From assembly GCF_003019035.1 (NCBI RefSeq), contig NZ_CP027447.1: 64,000 bases of DNA; one strand, written 5' to 3'. Both the position numbers and the translations under genes were made by a program. This stretch comes from Escherichia coli. GTDB taxonomy: Bacteria > Pseudomonadota > Gammaproteobacteria > Enterobacterales > Enterobacteriaceae. How positions within the stretch are numbered: the first letter of the stretch is position 1; the number at the start of each line of letters is the position of its first letter. The notes beneath the pieces were generated by a model, which did not search any database, was not told the origin of the DNA, and worked only from the letters and a program-made list of their open reading frames with translations. Positions 1 to 15,973 of the stretch are shown in pieces.

Positions 1-70
1 TTGGCAGTACGCGGAAGAGATCGTCTAATTTGAAGCCTCCGCCGCTGGTACGGCGGAGGACAATGTTGAG

Positions 71-298
71 TCAGGCTTTTTGAACGGTGATGCTCCACGC
101 TGCATCGCCAATCTGCTGATAATCGGTGATGGCATGTCCTTCTTCTGCCGCCCACTGTGGGATTGCTTCAGTTGCCTGGGTGCAATCAAACTCAATTACC
201 AACTCATCGCCGCTGGCCATTTCTGCCAGTGCTGCTTTTGCTTCTATGAGTGGAAACGGACAGACCTGCGTCACCACATCCAGCTTTTTAATCGCCAT
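71..298 (-). CDS. yeeD: TusA-like sulfur carrier protein YeeD
   Basis: 75-aa ORF with N-terminal CPxP motif (VCPFP) typical of the TusA family; sits immediately downstream of yeeE as in E. coli. Confidence 0.8.
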   Translation of the reverse strand: MAIKKLDVVTQVCPFPLIEAKAALAEMASGDELVIEFDCTQATEAIPQWAAEEGHAITDYQQIGDAAWSITVQKA

Positions 299-311
299 CT
301 TTACACCTTAC

Positions 312-1370
312 TTAATTTGCCGCAGCAGTTGCCAGTCGCGCCTTACGCTGCGGTCGAACATACACAAGCCAGGACGCAGTCCAGACTCCGAGAATCATAA
401 ATACAAGGCCAATCCAGCCCTGCCAGGTCATCATTGCAGTCATGACCAGTCCATTACCGATAGAGCAACCACCTGCAATGCTGGCACCGAAGCCCATCAG
501 TACACCACCTAACCCGCTACGTAATGTTGTTTGTGCATCAGCAGCACGAACGCGGAACTCACGGCTCGCTTTGGCGGCAATAAATGACCCCACGAAGATC
601 CCTAACACCAGGAAAACGCCCCAGTTAATGTATTTCACGTCACCCGCGACCAGAAATTGCAGAATATTGGCCGTTGGGGAAGTGATGCCTAACCCAAACA
701 TACGTCCGGTTGCTTCACTCAGGGGCCAGGCTAAAAGCGCAATCAAACCGATGAGTACAGCTGTGACAAAGGGATGCCAGCGTTTTTCAAACAGAATATG
801 AGCGATCCCGGTTCGGCGCGGCGGTAAGGTCGCGACTTTGAGTTTTGGCTTCTTCAACTCTTTCATCACCACCCAGAGCGTTATCACCAGCAAAACGGCA
901 ACCAACGGCCACACAGACAAATTAAAAGTATCAGCAATAGAGTTATGTTCAGTAGTGTAGTGCTGCAAGGTTTGATTTAAACCACTGGCGTGTGGAGAAC
1001 GCATCACCGCACTCATCACCATATAAGTGAAAAGCGCGATCCAACTGCCGATCAATCCCTCACCCGCGCGATACCAGGTCCCGGTGGCACATCCACCCGC
1101 CAGAACAATTCCCAGCCCGAAAAGATACCCACCTATAACAGTACCAAGCCACGGGAACGCCCCGGCTTCGTAAGTCAGTAGGCCCGCCTGAATTAACGCA
1201 AAAACCCCCACGCTTTGTACCGAAATTGCAATCAGCAAGGCGTAAAACATGCGATTATTTTTCGCGATATACATATCGCGAAAACCACCTGTCAGGCAAA
1301 AACGCCCACGCTGCATGACAAATCCCAGCAGAGCACCACAAATTAGCCCGCTTAATATCATTGAAAACAT
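312..1370 (-). CDS. yeeE: YeeE/YedE family thiosulfate transporter
   Basis: 352-aa highly hydrophobic multi-pass membrane protein; conserved neighbourhood with yeeD. Confidence 0.8.
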   Translation of the reverse strand: MFSMILSGLICGALLGFVMQRGRFCLTGGFRDMYIAKNNRMFYALLIAISVQSVGVFALIQAGLLTYEAGAFPWLGTVIGGYLFGLGIVLAGGCATGTWYRAGEGLIGSWIALFTYMVMSAVMRSPHASGLNQTLQHYTTEHNSIADTFNLSVWPLVAVLLVITLWVVMKELKKPKLKVATLPPRRTGIAHILFEKRWHPFVTAVLIGLIALLAWPLSEATGRMFGLGITSPTANILQFLVAGDVKYINWGVFLVLGIFVGSFIAAKASREFRVRAADAQTTLRSGLGGVLMGFGASIAGGCSIGNGLVMTAMMTWQGWIGLVFMILGVWTASWLVYVRPQRKARLATAAAN

Positions 1371-1492
1371 AAATTAATTAACCAGATGAATGTTAATAAG
1401 GAAATTATTCATGACTGGTGGAATGCAGACCAATAACCAAATTCTCTAAATTAGAACAAATGGTTATTAATGAGGATTTCGATAAAAAAGAA

Positions 1493-1528
1493 TAAAAAAA
1501 CCGGAGCCAAATATTCATTCGACTCCGG
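1493..1528 (-). terminator. putative rho-independent terminator downstream of plaP
   Basis: inverted repeat aaCCGGAG...CTCCGGtt followed on the minus strand by a T-run (A-run 1494-1500 on plus), about 20 nt after the plaP stop. Confidence 0.45.
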
Positions 1529-1548
1529 TTGATTATTAGAAAAGATGA

Positions 1549-2907
1549 TTATGCTACGTCTTCGTACTGCGGAACCGGGTTACGGAAGCTCTTGGTTACG
1601 CATGCCAGGTAAATCAGACCGATAGCAGCCCAGATCAGACCCAGAACCATTGAGCTTTCTTCCAGGTTAACCCACAGCGCACCAACGGTCAGCGCACCAC
1701 ACATCGGCAGGAACAGATACTGGAAGTGATCTTTCAGCGTCTTGTTACGCTTCTCACGGATCCAGAACTGCGAGATGACCGACAGGTTAACGAAGGTGAA
1801 CGCCACCAACGCACCAAAGTTAATCAGCGCCGTAGCCATTACCAGGTCGAAGTTGATTGCCAGCAGGGCAATCGCGCCAACCAGGATGATGTTCATCGCC
1901 GGAGTACGCCATTTCGGGTGTACATAACCGAAGAAGCTTTTCGGGAACACGCCGTCACGACCCATTACGTACATCAGACGCGCTACGCCTGCGTGCGCCG
2001 CCATACCGGACGCCAGTACGGTAATGGTGGAGAAGATCAGCGCGCCAACCTGGAACGCTTTACCCGCAACGTACAGCATGATTTCAGGCTGTGACGCATC
2101 CGGATCTTTAAAGCGAGAGATATCCGGGAAGTACAGCTGCAGGAAGTAAGTTGCAAAGATGAAGATCATGCCGCCAATCAGCGCGGTCAGGAAAATCGCA
2201 CGCGGGATCACGCGCTCTGCATCTTTGGTTTCTTCCGACAGATTGCTGATGCCGTCAAAGCCGGTAAAGGAGAAGCACAGGATTGTCGCCCCGGTAATCA
2301 TCGGGATAACATGCGCATCGCCAGACCAGAACGGACGAGTGCTCGCCAGCGTACCCGCGCCTTCACCTTCAAATACGCCATAAACAACCATGCCCAGAAT
2401 CACCGCGATCAGCACTACCTGCAACACGACGATTACAGTGTTGAAGTTCGCTACGGATTTCAGACTACGCAGGTTAAAGGCGGTCATAAAGGCCACCAGC
2501 GCCACCACAAACATCCACGATGGGATGGAAGGCACCAGAGCTTCAAAATAGATTTTCGCCAGCAGAATGTTGATCATCGGCGCGAACAGATAGTCGAGCA
2601 GAGAAGACCAACCCACCATAAAGCCGACAGTCGGGCTAATGGATTTCTGGGCGTAAGTGTATGCAGAGCCAGCAGAAGGATAGCGGCGAACCAGCTTCCC
2701 GTAGCTCAGAGCCGTAAACAGGATCGCAATCAATGCGAACGCATAGGCTGTCGGCACATGACCATCCGTGAGGCCTGAAACGATACCAAAAGTATCAAAC
2801 AGCGTCATCGGCTGCATATAGGCTAGACCCATCATTACAACCGGAACTAACGTAAGCGTTTTACGCAATTCCACGCGAGAGGTGTTTGGAGTAACGTTAT
2901 GCGACAT
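1549..2907 (-). CDS. plaP: APC-family amino acid/polyamine permease (putrescine importer PlaP/YeeF)
   Basis: ORF translation [16 protein letters not shown]..., 452 aa from the second in-frame Met; multi-pass permease; conserved position between yeeE and yeeY. Confidence 0.8.
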   Translation of the reverse strand: MSHNVTPNTSRVELRKTLTLVPVVMMGLAYMQPMTLFDTFGIVSGLTDGHVPTAYAFALIAILFTALSYGKLVRRYPSAGSAYTYAQKSISPTVGFMVGWSSLLDYLFAPMINILLAKIYFEALVPSIPSWMFVVALVAFMTAFNLRSLKSVANFNTVIVVLQVVLIAVILGMVVYGVFEGEGAGTLASTRPFWSGDAHVIPMITGATILCFSFTGFDGISNLSEETKDAERVIPRAIFLTALIGGMIFIFATYFLQLYFPDISRFKDPDASQPEIMLYVAGKAFQVGALIFSTITVLASGMAAHAGVARLMYVMGRDGVFPKSFFGYVHPKWRTPAMNIILVGAIALLAINFDLVMATALINFGALVAFTFVNLSVISQFWIREKRNKTLKDHFQYLFLPMCGALTVGALWVNLEESSMVLGLIWAAIGLIYLACVTKSFRNPVPQYEDVA

Positions 2908-3054
2908 GGTCATTCTCCTTTACGATGATAACCGTCGCGTAAGCAAAAAATTGCCCCATTTTTTTGGATTCCTCAGCGACAACAACTGTCGATTTTTAGT
3001 AAATATCTATCCGGTACGAAGCCCGGCCTCTTGGTATGAATGATTGGTTTGAAG

Positions 3055-3092
3055 CAAAAAATAACCGACGCTGATGAAACGTCGGTTTTTAG
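3055..3092 (-). terminator. putative bidirectional rho-independent terminator downstream of yeeY
   Basis: palindrome AACCGACG-ctgatgaaa-CGTCGGTT flanked by an A-run upstream and a T-run downstream. Confidence 0.45.
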
Positions 3093-3173
3093 TCATTTTT
3101 TGACAGCGGCGCATTGTGCCTAAATGGGGGAGAAATGACAAGAGAATGAGAGGCTTGTCATAATAATTTTTCT

Positions 3174-4103
3174 TTAAATGGCTGATTTTCCGTCATCAGA
3201 TTTTGCATAAACACCGGCGATCGCACTATTTGCTAAAATTTCATCTCGCCACCAGCCGCTGGCAAGTCCTGCGGTCTGTTCATTCCAGCCAATCCAGACG
3301 GGTTCAAAGAGAGTTTGGGCGACCACTTTCTTCTCGATTAACGCGCCACTATCGAGAAAACGTTGCGCCAGATAACGGGGTAAATAGCCGCAGCCGAGGC
3401 CGCTAATTTGCAGCTCCAGCTTGGTTTTAAAATCGAAAACGGTAATGGCTTCTTGTTCGTCGAGAAGTTGCGAGGCCGTAGAAGCGCCGGCCTGCGCAGT
3501 ATCCCCTACCACAATCGCCCTATATTGCTTAATGATACGACGGTTTAACGGTTCTTCTTCCTGGGCTAACGGATGATGGGGCGCGACCGCAAAGACTTGT
3601 TCAAGATCGCCCAACCGCGAGAAACCAAACTCACTGGAAGATGGTGGCTCATGCATCGCGCCAACAATAATATCCGCTCGCCCCTGAGTCAGGGCATCCC
3701 AGGAACCACCGAGTACGCCATTGATAAACTTCAGGCGCGTCACGCTATGATGTTGATAAAAAGCTTCAATGAGTGGCGCGAGAAGAGAAAAAGGGAAGGT
3801 ATCGTCCACGCCAATCACCAGCTCGTTTTCCCAGCCTTCATGCAGTTTGATCGCCTGCTTTTCCAGTTCTCGCACGGTATGCAGAACTTCCCTCCCTTTC
3901 TCTAATAACATTTTTCCGGTGCGGGTGAATTTAGCGCGGTGTCCGCTACGATCAAGCAATTGAATATTAAGGTCGCTTTCCAGCTTGTGAACGGTGTAAC
4001 TCAGAGCGGACGGCGTCTTGTAGAGTTTGGCCGACGCCGCCGCAAAACTGCCCTCTTTTTCTAAGGCATCGAGGATCATCAACACATCCAGCAGTGGTTT
4101 CAT
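3174..4103 (-). CDS. yeeY: LysR-family transcriptional regulator YeeY
   Basis: N-terminal HTH region (MKPLLDVLMILDALEKEGSFAAASAKLYKTPSALSYTVHKLE) and LysR substrate-binding-like C-terminus; start taken at the internal Met giving 309 aa. Confidence 0.75.
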   Translation of the reverse strand: MKPLLDVLMILDALEKEGSFAAASAKLYKTPSALSYTVHKLESDLNIQLLDRSGHRAKFTRTGKMLLEKGREVLHTVRELEKQAIKLHEGWENELVIGVDDTFPFSLLAPLIEAFYQHHSVTRLKFINGVLGGSWDALTQGRADIIVGAMHEPPSSSEFGFSRLGDLEQVFAVAPHHPLAQEEEPLNRRIIKQYRAIVVGDTAQAGASTASQLLDEQEAITVFDFKTKLELQISGLGCGYLPRYLAQRFLDSGALIEKKVVAQTLFEPVWIGWNEQTAGLASGWWRDEILANSAIAGVYAKSDDGKSAI

Positions 4104-4148
4104 ACACGCCCCCTTGCAGTGCATGCGGCGTCCTGCTGGCGTGATCGT

Positions 4149-4973
4149 TTACTCCAGCGGCATTACCAGCGGATCGGGATACTGGTATTCAAATCCCAGT
4201 TCATTACAAATCCGACTGCCATCAATAATCTTACCTTTTCCGCTGTCCAGACTATTTCTGAACTGCGGAGGTTCCAGTCCCAGTAAACGGGCCATCTGCG
4301 GATAGAAAACATTACGCGCAGGGTGAGCTGGCGCACATATATTATAGATGTGTCCGCCTTTAGGTGCCTGTAACAACAGAGTGATAGCGCCAATAACATC
4401 TTCTAAATGGACTAAATTAACACCATGTTCACCATCAGGGGCGGTTTTTCCGGCAAAGAAACGTCCGGGATGACGTCCCGGTCCGACCAGGCCCGCAAGA
4501 CGTAGAATATCGACCGAAGTTCCGGGTAAATTGTGCAGCCAGTCTTCGAGTTCTTCTAATACTCGTCCACTGTTGGTTACCGGATTACGCGGGGTGGTTT
4601 CTTTCACCGTGCCTTGCGCGTCGCCATAGACAGATGTTGAGCTGGTAAAAATAATGCGGGGAATACGATGGGCCAGCGCGCTATCTACTAACTCTTGTAC
4701 CGCTTGTAAATAAAACTCATCGCCGGGGCCGCTACGACGTGCCGGAAGCGTAATGACCAGCGCATCGGCATCCATCAGGGCATCCAGATCGTCAGAATCG
4801 CAAACTAACTCAGGCTCCATGCGAAGCAGATAGCTATCAATGCCACTCATTCGGGCCGCTTCGACACCATCTTGTGTGGTTTTACTCCCGGTAACTTGCC
4901 AGCCTCGCGCTGAAAGTGACATCGCCAGCGGCATGCCTAACCACCCTAACCCGACAATTGCGACCTTTTTCAT
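4149..4973 (-). CDS. yeeZ: NAD(P)-binding Rossmann-fold protein YeeZ (epimerase/dehydratase-like)
   Basis: 274 aa, N-terminal GxGxxG-type motif (VAIVGLGWLG); conserved position upstream of the his operon. Confidence 0.75.
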   Translation of the reverse strand: MKKVAIVGLGWLGMPLAMSLSARGWQVTGSKTTQDGVEAARMSGIDSYLLRMEPELVCDSDDLDALMDADALVITLPARRSGPGDEFYLQAVQELVDSALAHRIPRIIFTSSTSVYGDAQGTVKETTPRNPVTNSGRVLEELEDWLHNLPGTSVDILRLAGLVGPGRHPGRFFAGKTAPDGEHGVNLVHLEDVIGAITLLLQAPKGGHIYNICAPAHPARNVFYPQMARLLGLEPPQFRNSLDSGKGKIIDGSRICNELGFEYQYPDPLVMPLE

Positions 4974-5077
4974 CCGTTATCTCCTGATACACCTTAGATC
5001 TATAAGGCTACGCTAGCGTATCAAAACTGACAATTCATTCTATGAATGAAATCGAAACTGTTAGCAAATATACAATT

Positions 5078-5177
5078 GCCTGATGCGCTCCGCTTATCAG
5101 TCCTACAAAAACATCAATATATTGAATTTAGGCAACATTTGTAGACCAGATAAGGCATTCACGCCGCATCCGGCAGG
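5078..5177. repeat. REP / BIME-like palindromic units (two inverted REP copies)
   Basis: gcctgatgcgctccgcttatcag..tcctaca and the inverted tgtagaccagataaggcattcacgccgcatccggcagg match the canonical E. coli REP consensus by eye. Confidence 0.55.
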
Positions 5178-5331
5178 AACAAAGCCCACTTTAGTTACAG
5201 AACACAATGTTCTTGAGGGTTTTAAAGACATATTTTCACGATTACTTTTTTAACGTAGCCACTCCTGGCCCCCTCCTTTCCCCGCTCATTCATTAAACAA
5301 ATCCATCGCCATAAAATATATAAAAAACCCC

Positions 5332-5361
5332 TTGCTTTCTAACGTGAAAGTGGTTTAGGTT
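5332..5361 (+). promoter_or_regulatory. his operon promoter (-35 TTGCTT, 18-bp spacer, -10 TAGGTT)
   Basis: hexamers read directly about 40-70 bp upstream of hisL; matches the textbook his promoter arrangement. Confidence 0.55.
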
Positions 5362-5399
5362 AAAAGACATCAGTTGAATAAACATTCACAGAGACTTTT

Positions 5400-5450
5400 A
5401 TGACACGCGTTCAATTTAAACACCACCATCATCACCATCATCCTGACTAG
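5400..5450 (+). CDS. hisL: his operon leader peptide
   Basis: 16-codon ORF MTRVQFKHHHHHHHPD with seven consecutive His codons. Confidence 0.9.
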   Translation: MTRVQFKHHHHHHHPD

Positions 5451-5513
5451 TCTTTCAGGCGATGTGTGCTGGAAGACATTCAGATCTTCCAGTGGTGCAT
5501 GAACGCATGAGAA

Positions 5514-5548
5514 AGCCCCCGGAAGATCATCTTCCGGGGGCTTTTTTA
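5514..5548 (+). terminator. his attenuator (rho-independent terminator hairpin)
   Basis: AGCCCCCGGAAGAT-CATC-TTCCGGGGGCT followed by TTTTTT, between hisL and hisG. Confidence 0.85.
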
Positions 5549-5595
5549 TTGCGCGGTTGATAACGGTTCAGACAGGTTTAAAGAGGAATAAGAAA

Positions 5596-6495
5596 ATGAC
5601 AGACAACTCTCGTTTACGCATAGCTATGCAGAAATCAGGCCGTTTAAGTGATGACTCACGCGAATTACTGGCGCGCTGTGGCATTAAAATCAATCTTCAC
5701 ACCCAGCGCCTGATTGCGATGGCAGAAAACATGCCGATTGATATTCTGCGCGTGCGTGACGATGACATTCCCGGTCTGGTAATGGACGGCGTGGTAGACC
5801 TTGGGATTATCGGCGAAAACGTGCTGGAAGAAGAGCTGCTTAACCGCCGCGCCCAGGGTGAAGATCCGCGCTACTTTACCCTGCGTCGTCTGGATTTCGG
5901 CGGCTGCCGCCTTTCGCTGGCAACGCCGGTTGATGAAGCCTGGGACGGTCCGCTCTCCTTAAACGGTAAACGTATCGCCACCTCTTATCCTCACCTGCTC
6001 AAGCGTTATCTCGACCAGAAAGGTATCTCTTTTAAATCCTGCTTACTGAACGGTTCTGTCGAAGTTGCGCCGCGTGCCGGACTGGCGGATGCGATTTGCG
6101 ATCTGGTTTCCACCGGTGCCACGCTGGAAGCTAACGGCCTGCGCGAAGTCGAAGTTATCTACCGCTCGAAAGCCTGCCTAATCCAGCGCGATGGCGAAAT
6201 GGAAGAATCCAAACAGCAACTGATCGACAAACTGCTGACCCGTATTCAGGGTGTTATCCAGGCGCGCGAATCAAAATACATCATGATGCACGCACCGACC
6301 GAACGCCTGGATGAAGTCATCGCCCTGCTGCCAGGTGCCGAACGCCCAACTATTCTGCCGCTGGCAGGTGACCAACAGCGCGTAGCGATGCACATGGTCA
6401 GCAGCGAAACCCTGTTCTGGGAAACGATGGAAAAACTGAAAGCGCTGGGTGCCAGTTCAATTCTGGTCCTGCCGATTGAGAAGATGATGGAGTGA
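5596..6495 (+). CDS. hisG: ATP phosphoribosyltransferase
   Basis: translation [29 protein letters not shown]..., 299 aa from the internal ATG preceded by AAGAGG SD. Confidence 0.9.
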   Translation: MTDNSRLRIAMQKSGRLSDDSRELLARCGIKINLHTQRLIAMAENMPIDILRVRDDDIPGLVMDGVVDLGIIGENVLEEELLNRRAQGEDPRYFTLRRLDFGGCRLSLATPVDEAWDGPLSLNGKRIATSYPHLLKRYLDQKGISFKSCLLNGSVEVAPRAGLADAICDLVSTGATLEANGLREVEVIYRSKACLIQRDGEMEESKQQLIDKLLTRIQGVIQARESKYIMMHAPTERLDEVIALLPGAERPTILPLAGDQQRVAMHMVSSETLFWETMEKLKALGASSILVLPIEKMME

Positions 6496-6500
6496 TCGCC

Positions 6501-12017
<5,517 letters not shown>

Positions 12018-12024
<7 letters not shown>

Positions 12025-12629
12025 CAGAACAACAACGTCGCGAACTGGACTGGGAAAAAACCGACGGACTGCTGCCGGTGATTGTGCAACATGCGGTATC
12101 CGGCGAAGTGTTAATGCTGGGCTATATGAATCCAGAAGCCTTAGACAAAACCCTAGAAAGCGGCAAAGTCACCTTCTTCTCGCGCACTAAACAGCGACTG
12201 TGGACCAAAGGCGAAACGTCGGGCAATTTCCTCAACGTAGTGAGTATTGCGCCGGACTGCGACAACGACACGTTACTGGTGCTGGCGAATCCCATCGGGC
12301 CAACCTGCCACAAAGGCACCAGTAGCTGCTTCGGCAACACCGCTCACCAGTGGCTGTTCCTGTATCAACTGGAACAACTGCTCGCCGAACGTAAATCTGC
12401 CGACCCGAAAACCTCTTACACAGCCAAACTGTATGCCAGCGGCACCAAGCGCATTGCGCAAAAAGTGGGCGAAGAAGGCGTAGAAACCGCACTGGCAGCA
12501 ACGGTACATGACCGCTTTGAGCTGACCAACGAGGCATCTGACTTGATGTATCACCTGCTGGTATTGTTGCAGGATCAGGATCTGGATTTAACGACGGTAA
12601 TTGAGAACCTGCGTAAACGGCATCAGTGA
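12018..12629 (+). CDS. hisI: bifunctional phosphoribosyl-AMP cyclohydrolase / phosphoribosyl-ATP pyrophosphatase
   Basis: 203 aa; last gene of the his operon. Confidence 0.9.
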
Positions 12630-12641
12630 GTTGCGGGGTAA

Positions 12642-12706
12642 GCGGATGCGATGTTGTTGTCGCATCCGGCAAAATAAATATCCTCCGGCATAGCCGGAGG
12701 TTTTTC
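12642..12706. terminator. bidirectional terminator region after hisI (two hairpins)
   Basis: hairpin GCGGATGCGA..TCGCATCCGC, then hairpin CCTCCGGC-ata-GCCGGAGG followed by TTTTT on plus and a T-rich run on minus. Confidence 0.55.
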
Positions 12707-12729
12707 AAATGCGCCTATAAGGCTCTCTT

Positions 12730-13437
12730 ACCAGCCGCGCCCTAACAGGCGCACACGATCTGACATTTGCATCCAACTTCGTTACTTACGGCCCGTAAAC
12801 GGGCTGCCCGGATAGGGAATCGATAACTGCTCTCCCATTTTATCCTCTTCAAGCTGGTGCTTTATGTAATCCTGTATCTTCGCCGTGTTCTTACCCACCG
12901 TATCGACGTAATACCCTCTGCACCAGAACTCCCTGTTCCTGTATTTGAATTTCAAATCAACAAACTGCTCGTAAAGCATTAGACTGCTTTTCCCTTTCAG
13001 ATATCCCATAAAGCCGGATACGCTCATTTTGGGCGGGATCTCCACAAGCATATGGATATGATCTGCACAGCATTCAGCTTCCAGAATCCGTACACTTTTC
13101 CACTCACACAGCTTTCTCAAAATACAGCCTATTGCTCTACGCTTCTCTCTGTAGAACACCTGTCTTCGGTATTTTGGCGCAAATACTATGTGATATTTAC
13201 AGTTCCATCGGGTGTGCGCTAAGCTCTTTTCGTTCCCCATTGGGACCCCCTTTTGATTTCTTGTTTGACACTTGCAGTTGCCAGACCGCAAGGTGTTTTA
13301 ACAAATCAAAAGGGGTTTTAATAACTGGCTCAAAGCTGAAAGCTTTCCGGAACCCCCAGCCTAGCTGGGGGTTTTCTGTGCACAAAAAAACGGGCAAGGT
13401 GTCACCACCCTGCCCATTTTCTTTAAAACCGAAAAGA
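12730..13437 (-). mobile_element. IS200-family (IS200/IS605) insertion sequence, about 0.7 kb; ends approximate (+/- 15 bp)
   Basis: single Y1/HuH transposase gene plus the characteristic structured end (hairpins AACCCCCAGCCTAGCTGGGGGTT and GGGCAAGGTGTCACCACCCTGCCC at 13365-13430) upstream of tnpA; no terminal inverted repeats expected for this family. Confidence 0.7.
12782..13240 (-). CDS. tnpA: IS200-type Y1 (HuH) transposase TnpA
   Basis: 152 aa from MGNEKSLAHTRWNCKYHIVFAPKYRR...; HuH motif (HIHMLV) and C-terminal catalytic Tyr region (YIKHQ). Confidence 0.85.
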   Translation of the reverse strand: MGNEKSLAHTRWNCKYHIVFAPKYRRQVFYREKRRAIGCILRKLCEWKSVRILEAECCADHIHMLVEIPPKMSVSGFMGYLKGKSSLMLYEQFVDLKFKYRNREFWCRGYYVDTVGKNTAKIQDYIKHQLEEDKMGEQLSIPYPGSPFTGRK

Positions 13438-14421
13438 TTACTTCACGTTGTAATTACGCAGAGCGTTACGCCCCAACACAATCCCCGCGCCCACCATACC
13501 GCCCAGCAGCACTGCCAGAATCAAGGTGATTGCTTTCTTCGGGCTATCGCGACGAATTGGCAGTGTGGGTTTCATAACGTAACGGTAGGCATGAATATCA
13601 AGATCATCAACCTTCAGACTTTCGATATCCAGCAGGTTTTGACGAGTCTGATAATAGTTTGGCGAGAACACAAGCGGACGAGTCGCTTCGTGCTTAATCA
13701 TCGACCCCAGTGCTTCGCTACCTAACAAAAGCAACGTGTCCTGAGTAATATTTTCACCAGTCTGCTGAATCTGCGGCTTTGTTACCTGCGCCTGATTCGC
13801 ATACTGCAACGCTTCCTGAATCTGGCGGATACGCAGCGTTTTTTGCTCCTGAGCCACCACTTCCTGAGTTTTCAGGGAATCCTGCAATGTTTTCATGCCC
13901 AACGCAATATTATCCTTCAGGTCCTTTTCCAGCTCTTCATTCACTCGGTCATCAACTTGTTGAATGTATTCAGCCAGCTTTTTCTGTGCATCCGCCGCCG
14001 TTTTCCCAACATAAGAAACAGCTAACGGTAACGGCTGGTTTTTAACAGCGGGCTCGATGGTCAGTTTTTCGCGTTCTTCCTGATTATCCAGCGTTTCCGC
14101 TAATGCAGAGAAAGCGGAACTGAAGCGACCAATCAACGCCTCCTGTAAATCAGCTACTTTTGGCGCAGCCTGGCCATAAATTACATTCATGGCGTTGTTA
14201 TAGCCGGCAATTTGCCCCACATCAGGTTGAGTGACAATGGCTGTTGATGTCCATTGCTCTTTCGCTACTGCCAGGTATCCAATAGCCAACACGATAGCCA
14301 CAATGACTGTGGCGATAATGGTCATCTTACCGCGCCACAGTTGTACCAGTAAATCAATTAAATCAATCTGTTCCGGGTCATTGTTGTGCCCAGAAATATT
14401 ATTATTTTCAACTTTCATCAT
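13438..14421 (-). CDS. wzzB: O-antigen chain-length determinant (polysaccharide co-polymerase 1)
   Basis: 327 aa, N- and C-terminal TM segments flanking a long coiled periplasmic region; adjacent to ugd as in E. coli. Confidence 0.85.
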   Translation of the reverse strand: MMKVENNNISGHNNDPEQIDLIDLLVQLWRGKMTIIATVIVAIVLAIGYLAVAKEQWTSTAIVTQPDVGQIAGYNNAMNVIYGQAAPKVADLQEALIGRFSSAFSALAETLDNQEEREKLTIEPAVKNQPLPLAVSYVGKTAADAQKKLAEYIQQVDDRVNEELEKDLKDNIALGMKTLQDSLKTQEVVAQEQKTLRIRQIQEALQYANQAQVTKPQIQQTGENITQDTLLLLGSEALGSMIKHEATRPLVFSPNYYQTRQNLLDIESLKVDDLDIHAYRYVMKPTLPIRRDSPKKAITLILAVLLGGMVGAGIVLGRNALRNYNVK

Positions 14422-14562
14422 TACCCTAACAGACGGAAAATTTCAGGTCGCCATAGTTTAGCGATAATCTGTATGAATGCCATAGGATAAACAATAAATA
14501 TAATGAATTGTTACATGAACATAGATACCAACTACCGCCAAAAATCATCTGATTACAGATAG

Positions 14563-15729
14563 TTAGTCGCTACCGAAAAGATCGCGGGTGTAGACCTTGT
14601 CTGCTGCATCTTTAAGCTCTTCTGACATTCGATTAGAGATAATGACATCAGCCTGTTGCTTAAAAGTCGCGAGATCACGTTCCAGACGTGAATTGAAAAA
14701 CATTTCTTCCTTCATTACCGGTTCATAGATAATCACTTCTACCCCCTTAGCTTTGATACGCTTCATGATCCCCTGAATGGAAGACGCACGAAAGTTATCT
14801 GAACCGCTCTTCATAATTAGGCGATATATCCCTACGACTTTTGGTTTACGCGACAAGATAGCATCGGCAATAAAGTCTTTGCGGGTACGGTTAGCTTCAA
14901 CGATGGCAGAAATGATGTTATTTGGCACAGACTGGTAATTTGCCAGAAGCTGCTTGGTATCTTTCGGCAAACAGTAACCACCGTAACCAAATGATGGATT
15001 GTTGTAATGGTTGCCGATACGAGGATCAAGACAAACACCTTCAATGATTTGACGGGTGTTCAATCCTAGGCTTTCTGCATAACTGTCCAGCTCGTTAAAG
15101 TACGCCACGCGCATTGCAAGGTAAGTATTGGCAAACAGTTTAATGGCCTCTGCTTCTGTTGAATCAGTAAACAGAGTCGGGATATTTTGCTTAATCGCCC
15201 CTTCCTGTAATAACGCGGCAAAACGCTGTGCACGTTCAGAACGTTCGCCGATCACAATACGGGAAGGATGAAGGTTATCGTAAAGGGCTTTGCCTTCTCG
15301 GAGGAATTCAGGGGAGAAAATGATGTTCTCAGTCTTGAATTTTTTTTGCATTGCGGCCGTAAAACCTACCGGAACCGTGGACTTAATAATCATTACGGCA
15401 CAAGGATTTATTTCTGTAACATCTTTAATTACTGATTCTACGCTAGATGTATTGAAATAATTGGTTTTCGGATCATAGTCGGTCGGGGTTGCGATGATTA
15501 CATAATCAGCATTCCGGTAGGCTTCTTTTTTATCTAATGTGGCCTTAAAACGTATTTTGTCTGATTGCAAAAATTGCTGAATTTCTTTATCAACAATAGG
15601 AGATATCCGATCATTTAGCATTGCAACGCGAGATGGCAAAATATCTAATGCTACAACGTTATGATTTTGTGCGATTAATAGCCCATTAGACAGGCCAACA
15701 TAACCGGTTCCGGAAATGGTGATTTTCAT
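14563..15729 (-). CDS. ugd: UDP-glucose 6-dehydrogenase
   Basis: 388 aa, N-terminal NAD-binding GTGYVG motif and conserved catalytic Cys region (GGYCLPKD). Confidence 0.9.
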   Translation of the reverse strand: MKITISGTGYVGLSNGLLIAQNHNVVALDILPSRVAMLNDRISPIVDKEIQQFLQSDKIRFKATLDKKEAYRNADYVIIATPTDYDPKTNYFNTSSVESVIKDVTEINPCAVMIIKSTVPVGFTAAMQKKFKTENIIFSPEFLREGKALYDNLHPSRIVIGERSERAQRFAALLQEGAIKQNIPTLFTDSTEAEAIKLFANTYLAMRVAYFNELDSYAESLGLNTRQIIEGVCLDPRIGNHYNNPSFGYGGYCLPKDTKQLLANYQSVPNNIISAIVEANRTRKDFIADAILSRKPKVVGIYRLIMKSGSDNFRASSIQGIMKRIKAKGVEVIIYEPVMKEEMFFNSRLERDLATFKQQADVIISNRMSEELKDAADKVYTRDLFGSD

Positions 15730-15918
15730 TTCATGCTCTCAGAATTAACTTAACTATGAATCATGATGTTTTAGCACCCTGATAAGAGTTAAAAGTTTTA
15801 ACGCCACGATGATGTCTAGTCAACGAAACGAAAAACATTTCAGATTTTCTTTATAAGAATAGCTGCTATTTATTAAGTTAGTATTAAGCAATGAAATTAA
15901 ATCAATAAGATTGATAGC

Positions 15919-15949
15919 AAAAAAAAGCCCGGCGATAAATGCCGGGCCT
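15919..15949 (-). terminator. rho-independent terminator downstream of gnd
   Basis: GCCCGGC-gataaat-GCCGGGC hairpin; on the minus strand it is followed by a run of 8 T. Confidence 0.6.
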
Positions 15950-15973
15950 TAGTTTATTACTGATTAAATCAGA

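Noticed and set aside
5419-5442. Run of seven His codons as a possible engineered His-tag or cloning artefact
   Set aside because: It is the natural hisL leader peptide of the his attenuator, in native genomic context.
12642-12670. First hairpin after hisI as an IS200 terminal structure
   Set aside because: It lies outside the estimated roughly 0.7-kb element and, together with the following hairpin and T-run, is better explained as the native bidirectional his/wzzB terminator.
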